A stretch of 64,000 nt of DNA from Methylococcaceae bacterium (GCA_013141155.1 JABFRM010000145.1:6042-70041); one strand, 5' to 3'; shown: positions 49,487-58,636, numbered from the stretch's first letter. Notes: a model not told the origin generated them from the letters alone. Numbers and translations are program-made.

Positions 49487-49990
49487 ATGAGTATTGGCAA
49501 ACGCCTCCTCTTGATTTTTATAGTGTTGGTTTTATGCGTTGGTTGCGATCAAACGACTAAATTCGCCGCCGAATCCTATTTGCCTGACTACGGTATATTA
49601 TCATTTTTGGGCGGCACTGTTCGGCTACAACTTGCGCATAATCACGGTGCGTTTTTAAGGTTGGGCGCATCCTTACCAAATGTTTGGAGAAATGGGCTGT
49701 TATCATTCGGTGTAGGCATGATGTTATTGATGTTGCTAAGTTATGCCGCGCTTTCAAAATCGGCCACCCGACCTGAACTATTGGCTTTTGCATTGCTGCT
49801 GGGAGGGGGCGTAAGCAATCTTGCAGATCGCTTAATGTACAATGGTTATGTAATTGATTTTATGAATGTCGGCATCGGCTCTTTACGCACGGGTATCTTT
49901 AATGTCGCCGATATTGCGGTTATGGTTGGAATAATCCTACTAATCGCCAACGGCTCAAATGATCGAAATAAATCTGTAGAATCGGCTTAA
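49487..49990 (+). CDS. lspA: Lipoprotein signal peptidase (signal peptidase II) paralog
   Basis: It carries CDQTTK, NHGAF, GGGVSNLADRL..GYVIDF and FNVADIAV motifs and has four TM segments. Confidence 0.8.
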   Translation: MSIGKRLLLIFIVLVLCVGCDQTTKFAAESYLPDYGILSFLGGTVRLQLAHNHGAFLRLGASLPNVWRNGLLSFGVGMMLLMLLSYAALSKSATRPELLAFALLLGGGVSNLADRLMYNGYVIDFMNVGIGSLRTGIFNVADIAVMVGIILLIANGSNDRNKSVESA

Positions 49991-50065
49991 CTTAAGGCAC
50001 TTTAGCCGCTAAAAATTTTTTCATACATAGCTTAAATTTTAATTGACCAAACAGAGGGATTAACA

Positions 50066-50269
50066 ATGGGAATCAGTGTAACAAAGCTGCTTATTATCTT
50101 AGCTATCGTGATTATCTTTTTTGGCACTAAGCGCTTAAAAAATGTCGGTTCTGATTTAGGTGCCGCGATTAAAGGTTTTCGCGCGGCAATTAAAGATGGC
50201 GAAGACGATACTAGCACTGCTAATTCTGAGGCGACGGATACCAAATCCAAACAGGATGAAAAAGGATAA
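50066..50269 (+). CDS. tatA: Twin-arginine translocase TatA/E subunit
   Basis: [39 protein letters not shown] has the classic TatA layout of a TM helix followed by an amphipathic helix. Confidence 0.9.
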   Translation: MGISVTKLLIILAIVIIFFGTKRLKNVGSDLGAAIKGFRAAIKDGEDDTSTANSEATDTKSKQDEKG

Positions 50270-50789
50270 GCAATTGACCCTCATGCTATTTAAAAAATGC
50301 TTTACCACCTTAAGCCTGCTTGTGCTGCTGAGTTTATCCGCGCAAGCCGAACAACCCGCTTTAAATGCCTTCACTTCCGGTAGTTATCGGCAAATACTGG
50401 CGAAACATACGCAAGAACCCTTCATGCTGGTTATTTGGTCTACAACGTGTCCTTCTTGTGTGAAAGACATGACCTTGTTAAACGCACTGCATAAAAGCTG
50501 GCCGAAACTGAAAATGGTGCTGTTGGCTACGGACGTTATTACTGACGCTGAACAGGTGCAGACGATTTTAGCAAAGCACGAATTGACCGGACTTGAAAAT
50601 TGGGTATTCGCCGAAGATAACACCCAAAAACTGAATTATGAAATTGACCCAGAGTGGTATGGTGAATTACCCAGAACCTATTTTTTTGATGCCGCGCATG
50701 GTCGCCAAGGCATGAGTGGAGTCTTATCCAAACAAGACTACGAAAGCTTGTTTGCAAAAATACTTAAACCGTCGGTTAAAGCGTATTAA
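50256..50789 (+). CDS. TlpA/ResA-like periplasmic thiol:disulfide oxidoreductase
   Basis: It has a signal peptide and a thioredoxin-fold CxxC ([12 protein letters not shown]). The start could be 50256 or 50283; track start 50160 is too long because it overlaps tatA. Confidence 0.7.
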   Translation: MKKDKQLTLMLFKKCFTTLSLLVLLSLSAQAEQPALNAFTSGSYRQILAKHTQEPFMLVIWSTTCPSCVKDMTLLNALHKSWPKLKMVLLATDVITDAEQVQTILAKHELTGLENWVFAEDNTQKLNYEIDPEWYGELPRTYFFDAAHGRQGMSGVLSKQDYESLFAKILKPSVKAY

Positions 50790-50850
50790 ATCAATTAATT
50801 TAGTTTTTAATGCTTACCCTAAAACCTTTTAAAACAATCATCAATCCCTA

Positions 50851-51585
50851 ATGCAGGTACAATTTTACCAATTAACGTCGGTAGGTGATCGTGCCACCAA
50901 TGAAGACTGCATGGCACGTATCATTAGCGATGATTATGTATTATGTATGGTTGCCGATGGTCTGGGTGGACATCAAGGCGGGGAGCTAGCCTCGCGTTAT
51001 TTTTGCCAAAGCATGCTGGCATTAGCGCCGCAATATCATCAATCAATGCAACATGCACCGCAAGCAACGATAATGGCTTGGGTGGATAATGCCGTAGATG
51101 AAATGCAAAAATTATTTGCGGATGAAGTTGTTGCCAATGAAGCGCATACCACCTGCGCGATTTTATACTTAGACGAACACCAGGTTGTAACTGCGCATTG
51201 TGGTGATTCACGGATATATCGGTTAAATGCGGATGAGGTACTTTGGCGGACGCAAGATCATTCTTTTCTGCAAAAAATGTTCGATCGCGGCGAAGTGACC
51301 GAACAAGAAATGGGGAGCCATTCTGCTCAAAATAAATTGACGCGTAGTATTAATGTTGCAAAACAACAATCGGTTGAAGTATTTACATACCCGGCTGCAC
51401 AAAAAGGTGAAACTTTCGTCTTGTGCAGCGACGGTTTTTGGGGGGGCATAAAAAGCCATGAGTGGTTGGAACTGGCGCAACCGGAGAGTGATCGTCAAGA
51501 GCTGGCAAAACTGGCGCAAATGGTGGTGCTAAGGGCAGAGGGGAAAAGCGATAACGTGACCGTGCAATGGCTGCGCTGCTTATGA
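50851..51585 (+). CDS. PP2C-family Ser/Thr protein phosphatase
   Basis: The PP2C metal-binding aspartate motifs are present: ATNEDC, VADGLGGHQGGELAS, GDSRIY and LCSDGFW. Confidence 0.8.
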   Translation: MQVQFYQLTSVGDRATNEDCMARIISDDYVLCMVADGLGGHQGGELASRYFCQSMLALAPQYHQSMQHAPQATIMAWVDNAVDEMQKLFADEVVANEAHTTCAILYLDEHQVVTAHCGDSRIYRLNADEVLWRTQDHSFLQKMFDRGEVTEQEMGSHSAQNKLTRSINVAKQQSVEVFTYPAAQKGETFVLCSDGFWGGIKSHEWLELAQPESDRQELAKLAQMVVLRAEGKSDNVTVQWLRCL

Positions 51586-51625
51586 AATGATTTTAAAAAT
51601 CACTTCATAAGCCGTTATTTATTAT

Positions 51626-52591
51626 TCAATGGGAAGCTAAGCCATGTTTTTGAATACGATAAAGCAAGGTATCTCGGCTAAGCCCTAGTAAACGTGCAGA
51701 TTTGCTGCGATTGCCATCAGTGCGCAGTAACGCCTGATGAATCATGTCTGCTTCAAAAGCATCCAGTTGCAAACCCACCTCAGGTAAAGTGAAGCTAGTG
51801 GTATCAAAACTGGATGAGGAAACTCCATTGTTGGTGAATTCCAAGGGCAAATTCTCCGGCTCAATAATTCGACCTGCGACTAATATACTCAATCTTTCAC
51901 ATAAGTTACGCAGTTCACGAATATTTCCATACCACGGGTGTGTGCGTAAAAGCCTTAATGACGAACGGCTAAACGTGGCAAGCGGTACATTATAGTCCTC
52001 AGAAAAACGTTGCATGAAATGCCGGGCTAACAAATCAATATCTTCAGTGCGTTGGTTAAGGGGGGGAAGTTCCAAAGGCACAACATGTAGGCGGTAAAAT
52101 AAATCCTGTCTAAAATTGCCGGCAGCTATCTGCTCATGCAAATCGGTGTTAGTGGCGGCAACGATACGCACGTTTACATAATAAGGTTTGGTATCGCCGA
52201 CCGCAAGACACTCGCCCGTTTCAAGAAAGCGCAGCAGTTTAGCTTGAATGCCAATAGGTAAAGAATTTATCTCATCTAAAAATAAGGTGCCACCGTCAAC
52301 ACTCTGTAAAATTCCTTGTTTATTACTATTGGCGCCAGTAAAAGCCCCTTTTTTATGACCAAACAATTCAGATTCTACCAAGCCCTCCGGTAACGCTGCA
52401 CAATTCAGGGTAATAAAGGGTTTATCGGCACGGCTGCTATGCTTTTGGATGGCTGTTGCAAGGATTTCCTTACCCGTGCCAGTTTCACCTTTAATAAGAA
52501 TCGTCACATCGGTGGCAGCAACGATTTTAGCGCTACGCAATAAGGATTCAAAAGCAGGTGATTGACCAATAATCGTGTTGAAATAATTCAT
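51626..52591 (-). CDS. Sigma-54-dependent transcriptional activator lacking any N-terminal sensory domain (AAA+ plus Fis-type HTH only)
   Basis: It starts MNYFNTIIGQSPAF, directly at the AAA+ core. It carries Walker A (GETGTGKE), the GAFTGA loop and a C-terminal HTH (KSARLLGLSRDTLLYRI). The track start at 52639 adds 16 implausible residues. Confidence 0.85.
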   Translation of the reverse strand: MNYFNTIIGQSPAFESLLRSAKIVAATDVTILIKGETGTGKEILATAIQKHSSRADKPFITLNCAALPEGLVESELFGHKKGAFTGANSNKQGILQSVDGGTLFLDEINSLPIGIQAKLLRFLETGECLAVGDTKPYYVNVRIVAATNTDLHEQIAAGNFRQDLFYRLHVVPLELPPLNQRTEDIDLLARHFMQRFSEDYNVPLATFSRSSLRLLRTHPWYGNIRELRNLCERLSILVAGRIIEPENLPLEFTNNGVSSSSFDTTSFTLPEVGLQLDAFEADMIHQALLRTDGNRSKSARLLGLSRDTLLYRIQKHGLASH

Positions 52592-52645
52592 AAAACAACC
52601 TACCGTAAACTTGAAGATGAAACTAAAAACTGCCGCCAATTAAGA

Positions 52646-53368
52646 TTACATAGAATGATGCTGTATGCGCATTGGGTAAAGCCAAGGAAATGCCGCAGCC
52701 AACGCTAACAAAATCATCAAGACCCCCACTACCTGCCTAAAACGATTTTGCCTAGCCAATTTTTGTAACCATGAGGTCATTATACCAATACCAATAACTG
52801 CCGGTAAAGTGCCTAATCCAAATAAAAGCATGGTCAAGGCGCTTCTAAGAATATCACCGGTTGTTGCTGACAGCAGTAAGGCGGAATAAACCAAGCCGCA
52901 AGGGAGCCAGCCCCATATCATGCCAAATAAAAACGCATTCAGGCGGGTTTTGACCGGTATTAATTTATGTCCAAACGGCTCAAGTTTTTTCCACAGGAAT
53001 ATTCCCGCTTTTTCAATATACGCAAAGCGTGGAAACCATCCTGCAATGTATAAACCCGCAGAGGCCATTATTAAGGCAGAAAATATTTGTAAGACTCGGT
53101 ACCCAACGCTGTTGTCGAAAGGGACTTTCAATACCGTACTTAATAAACCCGCTAAAGCGCCTGCTAACGTGTAACTGGTAATGCGCCCGAAATTATAGTT
53201 AAACACAAAGGCAAACAAACGTGCCTTATTGCTGCGTACATTTGCATCCAGACTCAAAGTAAGTGTGCCAATAATTGAGCCACACATGCCGATACAGTGC
53301 ATGCTGCTAAAAAGCCCCATGATAAAAGCCATGAGATAAGAAGTGGTAAAATCAGAATGTATTAACAT
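52646..53368 (-). CDS. TauE/SafE-like polytopic membrane protein with an HCxxMCG motif
   Basis: It has about 7 TM helices and an N-terminal SSMHCIGMCGSI motif, characteristic of a TauE-like subfamily often linked to metal/cytochrome oxidase maturation. Its stop lies only 7 nt above track ORF start 52639 of the activator gene (54 nt above the preferred ATG at 52591). Confidence 0.65.
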   Translation of the reverse strand: MLIHSDFTTSYLMAFIMGLFSSMHCIGMCGSIIGTLTLSLDANVRSNKARLFAFVFNYNFGRITSYTLAGALAGLLSTVLKVPFDNSVGYRVLQIFSALIMASAGLYIAGWFPRFAYIEKAGIFLWKKLEPFGHKLIPVKTRLNAFLFGMIWGWLPCGLVYSALLLSATTGDILRSALTMLLFGLGTLPAVIGIGIMTSWLQKLARQNRFRQVVGVLMILLALAAAFPWLYPMRIQHHSM

Positions 53369-53423
53369 AGTCTGCGCACCTTAACATAAAGCATTATTTT
53401 AATAAAGGTGGCGACGCAGTTGT

Positions 53424-54167
53424 TTAAGAATCCTTATTGGTAGCTTGAAAGTGCACTAAAATCTGCTGCTGAATTTTTTCTGCCATGGCTTTACGATTTT
53501 CAGCGTCGCGTATTGGACGCCCCACGACAATATAATCGGCACCGTTTTGAAATGCCTGCTCGACACTGACCACGCGTTTTTGGTCATCTTCTTCGCGATT
53601 ATCAACCGGTCTGATGCCGGGGATAATCACCAACAACCGATGATCCAATTCTTCCCTGAGCATACTCGCTTCAAGACCTGATGAAACAATCCCGTCACAA
53701 CCTATCTTTAAGGCACGTTTGGCACGAGAAAGTACCAGCTCGCGCACATCGCATTGAAAACCCAGATCATCTAAATCACCACGATCCAGACTGGTGAGCG
53801 CGGTAACCGCCAATACTTTTAGATTACCTTTAGCTGCCGCCGCCGCTTCCATAATCGCATCGTTACCATGAATAGTTGCCAGATCGACCCCGCGATTACT
53901 TAAAGCCTTAATGGCACGCCCCACGGTTGCCGGCACATCGAAAAACTTCAAATCAACAAACACCTTTTTGTGCCGCGCTTGCAGCCATTCAATAAAACCA
54001 AAATAATCGCCGCACATAAATAATTCCATGCCGACTTTGTAAAACAACACCGCATCCCCCAGCTCTTCAACTAAGGCTTGCGCTTCCGCAATACTGGGTA
54101 CATCTAAGGCCATAATGAGCCGTTCGCGGGTGGGAATGGGGTTGGCTGAAAGATAAGATTGCGTCAT
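53424..54167 (-). CDS. pyrF: Orotidine-5'-phosphate decarboxylase
   Basis: It carries LIMALDV, VDLKFFDVPATV and IVVGRPI motifs. Confidence 0.92.
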   Translation of the reverse strand: MTQSYLSANPIPTRERLIMALDVPSIAEAQALVEELGDAVLFYKVGMELFMCGDYFGFIEWLQARHKKVFVDLKFFDVPATVGRAIKALSNRGVDLATIHGNDAIMEAAAAAKGNLKVLAVTALTSLDRGDLDDLGFQCDVRELVLSRAKRALKIGCDGIVSSGLEASMLREELDHRLLVIIPGIRPVDNREEDDQKRVVSVEQAFQNGADYIVVGRPIRDAENRKAMAEKIQQQILVHFQATNKDS

Positions 54168-54224
54168 GTTTTTTTTAAAAAAAGAAGGTTACACAGATAT
54201 ATAAAATTCAACGTATTGTACGTC

Positions 54225-56456
54225 TTAAAATTTCGATTTAGCTTTTAAAACCTCAAGCAAATAGCGACGTTTCGGTTCTTCATAAGCAAGTTTATCTGGA
54301 CAGCTAAGTGATTCTTCCACTTTGATTTTAAGCTTATTATATTTTTCTTGCGAATGTTCATTATTCCCTAGGTCAAATATATAGATACAAAAGGCAATAG
54401 TCACTTCAACGTAATACATCTGCTGCTCAGGGTTAGGGTAATATAATTTAGATAATTTCATTACATATTTTTTAACGATGCTTTCATCATAATATTCTTT
54501 ATTTTCAATAAGTTTAATGAATATAAATAATGACCCTATTAACGCATAAATCTGCCGTTTTAAATGTATTGAAATAGGTGTTTTATCAGCTGCATACCCT
54601 TCTAATTTTTCTGCTAACTGAAGCAAGGTATTCCATGTATCCTCTAAACTGGGTATTTCTGGTAATTCCTCATCAACACAAATGGGCTTAAAGTACCCAT
54701 AGTTATAGTAAACAACAAATTGATGGCACCGCTCCACCTCAAAACGAATTGCCTCTAAAGTATTAGATTCATCATTATGCTGCTGTCGCCAAAGAACATT
54801 TGCTTGCTCTAGCTTATCAAAAGCCTCTTTAAATTGTTCGCACTTCGTATAGTGATGCCGAAGTGCAACCGCATAAAGATAGTACGCTTCAGGCGCAATA
54901 GTGGCATCTTCCTCAGCATAGTCTGCCGCACTGTTACAAAAGCTTTTAACTTGCTCCCAAGCACTAGCCTCGGCCGCAATCAATGCACAGATCAAATACA
55001 TTTTCCCTTTAGACAGCGGCTCTCCCGTTTGTAACAAACTAAAGATAGCGGCATTATTTCCTTTATCTAATTCCTGACGAATAGCTTCAAATAACCCATC
55101 GGGTTGCCCGTTTCTATAATACGACACTAAAGGCACGGGTAAACGATGCCAACCTTGCAAACGTTCTCCTCTATGCAATTTCAATGCCTCTAAGACGTGC
55201 ATATTTGTCATGCCAATGCTTAAATAGACCCTTTCAAAATTAGCATAGGTTGATTCCCATTTTGCTTTTAATGACGCTTGAATTTTAACTAGTAATTCTT
55301 CCGATTCGCCAAGAATTTTTTGTAACCAAAGTTTAAGCTTCTCTTCTTCATTTTGAATACTTTGATTTAATGCGGCAATTTTAAAAAAATCATTGCGCAT
55401 CGCCGTGATTTTTTCATCTACATGCCCACAACATTGATAACTTGCCCCTCCTCCCTTAACGATCGCTTCTAAATTGGCAATATACATGACTTCGTTGCCA
55501 TCAGCATTCAGTAAAAGTGGCATAAAAAACTTGTCCAACATCTTGCTATAAGCATCCAGTTCTTTTTGTAAAACACTTTTATCATCTAAATAATTAAACA
55601 ACTTGGTGAAAGAACGATATATGCGCGGATGACGTATCGGAACTTCTGCCTTTATATTGGATGATTCAGCCGCAATAACTTTATGGATGCCTTTATCGCC
55701 GGTTATAAAATACAATTTTTGTTTACTTCCCGCTGCTTGTAATGCGCGATTAACTAAAGCAACATAAGCCAAAGTTTTGGCATCATCAAGAATTCTATGT
55801 AAAGGCCTGTCTGGACGAACTTTGCGCAGCTTTTCATACCACGGTTTACTCTCAAGATATAAAGCGGCTAGTGATGGTTTATCATGAAACCACGCTTGGC
55901 TTTGAATATCAGCAAGCTTGTTACTGTCTACAAGCTCACCAATCCGCTGTATTTCTGTATCGGAATCAGTAGCCGATGCGTCATCTTGCACCAAATAACG
56001 ACACAGCGTGTCGCAGTGCCTTAACATGCCCGCGACTAATTCCTCTATATCCAGTGTTGTTTGGTAGGCTTTAAACAACGCTTCTAGCTCAGCTAATTGA
56101 CCCTGAGCTACTTTATGACCCTCGTGATGATCCTTCCATATTGCTTCAAAAATATAAGTAAATTCAGTATAAAGTGTCGGCAATGTTAGTAAAGGCTCAT
56201 TGGCTAAATGCTTGAAGATATACTCCGCTAAACTGTAAGCGGAAAATTTTAAGTCTTTCAGCTTTTCATCGTCAAAAATCTGAGCATATTCCCGCTTACC
56301 TTCAGGATTTGAATAAAGGATGATGACGTTATTATCAACCGCATAAAAAATATGCCCACCCGCTTTTTGATACGCCAAATCATCCAAGACAATTTTTAAA
56401 TCCAATCTAATTTGGGCGAGATTTTTATAATACTTTTGTAGTTTTTTAGTAGACAT
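54225..56456 (-). CDS. Hypothetical 743-aa cytoplasmic protein with PIN-like acidic motifs in the N-terminal ~270 aa and a helical-repeat (TPR-like) C-terminal half
   Basis: It is a long AT-rich ORF and the last gene of a 4-ORF operon. Motifs are IFYAVDNNVIILY (D41), RILDDAKTLAYVALV (D224/225) and LYFITGDKGIHKV (D254). There is no signal peptide, TM helix or P-loop. Confidence 0.6.
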   Translation of the reverse strand: MSTKKLQKYYKNLAQIRLDLKIVLDDLAYQKAGGHIFYAVDNNVIILYSNPEGKREYAQIFDDEKLKDLKFSAYSLAEYIFKHLANEPLLTLPTLYTEFTYIFEAIWKDHHEGHKVAQGQLAELEALFKAYQTTLDIEELVAGMLRHCDTLCRYLVQDDASATDSDTEIQRIGELVDSNKLADIQSQAWFHDKPSLAALYLESKPWYEKLRKVRPDRPLHRILDDAKTLAYVALVNRALQAAGSKQKLYFITGDKGIHKVIAAESSNIKAEVPIRHPRIYRSFTKLFNYLDDKSVLQKELDAYSKMLDKFFMPLLLNADGNEVMYIANLEAIVKGGGASYQCCGHVDEKITAMRNDFFKIAALNQSIQNEEEKLKLWLQKILGESEELLVKIQASLKAKWESTYANFERVYLSIGMTNMHVLEALKLHRGERLQGWHRLPVPLVSYYRNGQPDGLFEAIRQELDKGNNAAIFSLLQTGEPLSKGKMYLICALIAAEASAWEQVKSFCNSAADYAEEDATIAPEAYYLYAVALRHHYTKCEQFKEAFDKLEQANVLWRQQHNDESNTLEAIRFEVERCHQFVVYYNYGYFKPICVDEELPEIPSLEDTWNTLLQLAEKLEGYAADKTPISIHLKRQIYALIGSLFIFIKLIENKEYYDESIVKKYVMKLSKLYYPNPEQQMYYVEVTIAFCIYIFDLGNNEHSQEKYNKLKIKVEESLSCPDKLAYEEPKRRYLLEVLKAKSKF

Positions 56457-56466
56457 GATTCAAAAT

Positions 56467-56940
56467 TCACGCATAAATAACTATTTGATCATTAGGTGGA
56501 TTTTGATGCCTTTCATTAATCGGCTTAAAAACCCTGTCAATCTTATCAAGTAACTCAATCAGCGTATCTTTTTCTTTTTGAGAAAAATCCTCTATTCGTT
56601 TATTTTCAAAATATTCATTTAACCACCAATTAAGCTGATAATTATCTCCCCATTTATTTTTTGAAATCTTTGATTTTTGCTGACCACAACAAATATAATC
56701 GCTTTCCTTGCCTCGCATAAATGTAATCGCCGATTCCTTATCAAAAAGCATTCTAAGCAACCACCGCTCATTATCAATCTCATTAGGCTTTAAAAGTACT
56801 ATATCTGGAATGTATAAATCCGGCAAATACCGCACCAAATTCTCCAAATCCATTTTGTCAACTAACCCTAATGTCAACGAACGAACATAAAGCTGATCTT
56901 CTTTTTCCAGTGCTAAAAAATAACTTCTGCTGCTCAGCAT
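56467..56940 (-). CDS. Hypothetical protein (157 aa as called, possibly the C-terminal part of a frameshifted or fused gene with 56858..57493)
   Basis: This ORF overlaps the upstream ORF by 83 nt in a different frame. An alternative ATG at 56853 lies 4 nt after the upstream stop. I recognise no motifs. Confidence 0.5.
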   Translation of the reverse strand: MLSSRSYFLALEKEDQLYVRSLTLGLVDKMDLENLVRYLPDLYIPDIVLLKPNEIDNERWLLRMLFDKESAITFMRGKESDYICCGQQKSKISKNKWGDNYQLNWWLNEYFENKRIEDFSQKEKDTLIELLDKIDRVFKPINERHQNPPNDQIVIYA

Positions 56941-57493
56941 ATTCAGATAATTTTTTTGGATGTACTTTAAGTAAATTTAAAAAAATTATTGGAATATCCG
57001 TTTTATCAAAGTAATCTGGTTTTTTAAGCAATTGCTCAAATTCTTGAGTTACTAAAGGCTCTTCCATCCAACTGGCTAAGATATTAATAACATAGGCTCG
57101 AGATCGTAAAGCTTCTTTAGATTTAGCCACTTTCAGGAATCCCTTTAACCGAAAAAATATAGGCTGTAGTGCATCTGCAACCTTAAGGGTTTTTGCCAAC
57201 CAAACCATGTTACGCAAAACGCCTTGCCATTCATCGACATCGCGGCAACGGGTAATGCCATGCGCCAACCCTTTTCTAAACCTTGTTTGTGTCGGTGCAT
57301 CGAGCTTTTCATAAACCGCTGCCAATTGCACGCCAATATCTTCATGATGCGTTAACAATAACCCAATAGGCGTAAATGGAATGTTTTTAGGCGGTGATTC
57401 CTCCCAACAACGCAATCCTTCTAACAACCAATCGGCTAAATCATCTGCTGACATTTTGTTAAGTGTGCCCAAATATTCGTTTGGTATTTTCAT
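56858..57493 (-). CDS. Hypothetical all-helical protein (211 aa as called)
   Basis: Its ATG lies 5 nt after the upstream stop. The last ~20 residues (STGKRRSALCSFVDIRVS) look out-of-frame, whereas the overlapping frame reads naturally. Confidence 0.55.
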   Translation of the reverse strand: MKIPNEYLGTLNKMSADDLADWLLEGLRCWEESPPKNIPFTPIGLLLTHHEDIGVQLAAVYEKLDAPTQTRFRKGLAHGITRCRDVDEWQGVLRNMVWLAKTLKVADALQPIFFRLKGFLKVAKSKEALRSRAYVINILASWMEEPLVTQEFEQLLKKPDYFDKTDIPIIFLNLLKVHPKKLSEYAEQQKLFFSTGKRRSALCSFVDIRVS

Positions 57494-57498
57494 AACTG

Positions 57499-58422
57499 TT
57501 AAATGTTATCGTTAAGCCAAGTAACGAATTCAGACCGCAGATCAAATGTGCCAACGAATTCATTCTGCATATTCAATATAGCAGCTTCATCGTTAGGATC
57601 AACCCATTCAGCATGTTCTGTGGTCAAACCAATCGCTTTTAATTGCCCATTTGCTTTATAGAGTGGAACTTGCCTCGCAAAAAGCTCAGACTCACCTGTT
57701 CTTATACCCTCTTTATACGACCGTTGTAAATACACAGTACTTCCCCATCCCTCATTATCTGCTGGATTGTTATGTGCTTTAAAACGCTGATGTGCTTCGG
57801 CTTCAATAAAAGTCGGAGTTGCTTTATTATTAGGGTGAATTGCTGTTGCCAAAAAACAAAGCTCAAATAAGGCAACATTACTATTAAAATGAACCAGCCC
57901 CAATATATCACGCACTTGATTTGCTAGATTTGCGGGCTTAGCATGTCTTAGTTTTTCAATCCAATCAGAAGGAGTAATCCAAAATTGTCCGTCGTTATAG
58001 TCTAAATACCCATAAGTCCCGTCATTTAAAATTTTGGGATGTTCGTCAAATGCAGCGGCTACTTTAGTAAAAAAATGTTCCTCATATTCTGCACTATTAC
58101 TAACTTCAATGCCCATTTGATTCAATTCGATTATATTCAAATTTTTATGTAAAATTTCCCAACGAATAATGGTACTTACCTTATCTGGCATTTGCGGCTT
58201 AGCTTTATGTTGAAAGCGATATTTAACTTCTTTATCGGCAATGTTATGAATAAGATTAATAATTTCTTCTACATAAATTGGAGCATAGCTAATATAAGCA
58301 GCTTTCCATGCTTTTAAAAAACTAATCAATAGATCACGTTCAATATGTTCATGATCATAGGCGCATTGAATATTTGCCAAGACAATTCGCCCTAAAGGCT
58401 CTTTATTTAAAGTTGAAAACAT
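57499..58422 (-). CDS. Hypothetical 307-aa cytoplasmic protein, first gene of the unknown operon
   Basis: It is an uninterrupted ORF with no TM helix or signal peptide. I find no recognisable catalytic motif (checked for P-loop, HxK PLD, HNH, HExxH). Confidence 0.6.
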   Translation of the reverse strand: MFSTLNKEPLGRIVLANIQCAYDHEHIERDLLISFLKAWKAAYISYAPIYVEEIINLIHNIADKEVKYRFQHKAKPQMPDKVSTIIRWEILHKNLNIIELNQMGIEVSNSAEYEEHFFTKVAAAFDEHPKILNDGTYGYLDYNDGQFWITPSDWIEKLRHAKPANLANQVRDILGLVHFNSNVALFELCFLATAIHPNNKATPTFIEAEAHQRFKAHNNPADNEGWGSTVYLQRSYKEGIRTGESELFARQVPLYKANGQLKAIGLTTEHAEWVDPNDEAAILNMQNEFVGTFDLRSEFVTWLNDNI

Positions 58423-58602
58423 CCACCCCCCGATTCATTGTTTACAGCGCCTTAAATCAGTTCAGTATTTCAATTGCAGTAAACTATTTGCAAAGCGTTA
58501 CTTTTTTGAGTCATTCTTGGAAAAACCAGTGCCGCATAGTATCAGACACAGGTGGCAAGGTCTAACACTTGTTAACAGCATATTCCCTGAACGACTGATG
58601 CC

Positions 58603-58636
58603 GGTGAATGATAAAATGAGCGATTTATCATTCACC
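58603..58636 (+). promoter_or_regulatory. Perfect 13-bp inverted repeat (operator or 5'-UTR hairpin) abutting the AEC transporter start
   Basis: GGTGAATGATAAA (58603-58615), N8, then TTTATCATTCACC (58624-58636). It ends 12 nt before ATG 58648. Confidence 0.4.

Noticed and set aside
49995-50009. Sigma-54-like element AGGCAC-N5-CCGC about 57 nt upstream of tatA
   Set aside because: The GG and GC dinucleotides are correctly spaced, but the -12 box lacks the conserved T of TGC. A sigma-54-dependent tatA has no precedent I know of, and it is a single weak match.
51582-51608. AT-rich imperfect palindrome ATGAAATGATTTT/AAAATCACTTCAT between the convergent PP2C and activator genes as a bidirectional terminator
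   Set aside because: The stem is almost entirely A/T with one mismatch and effectively no loop, so the predicted stability is too low to call a terminator with confidence.
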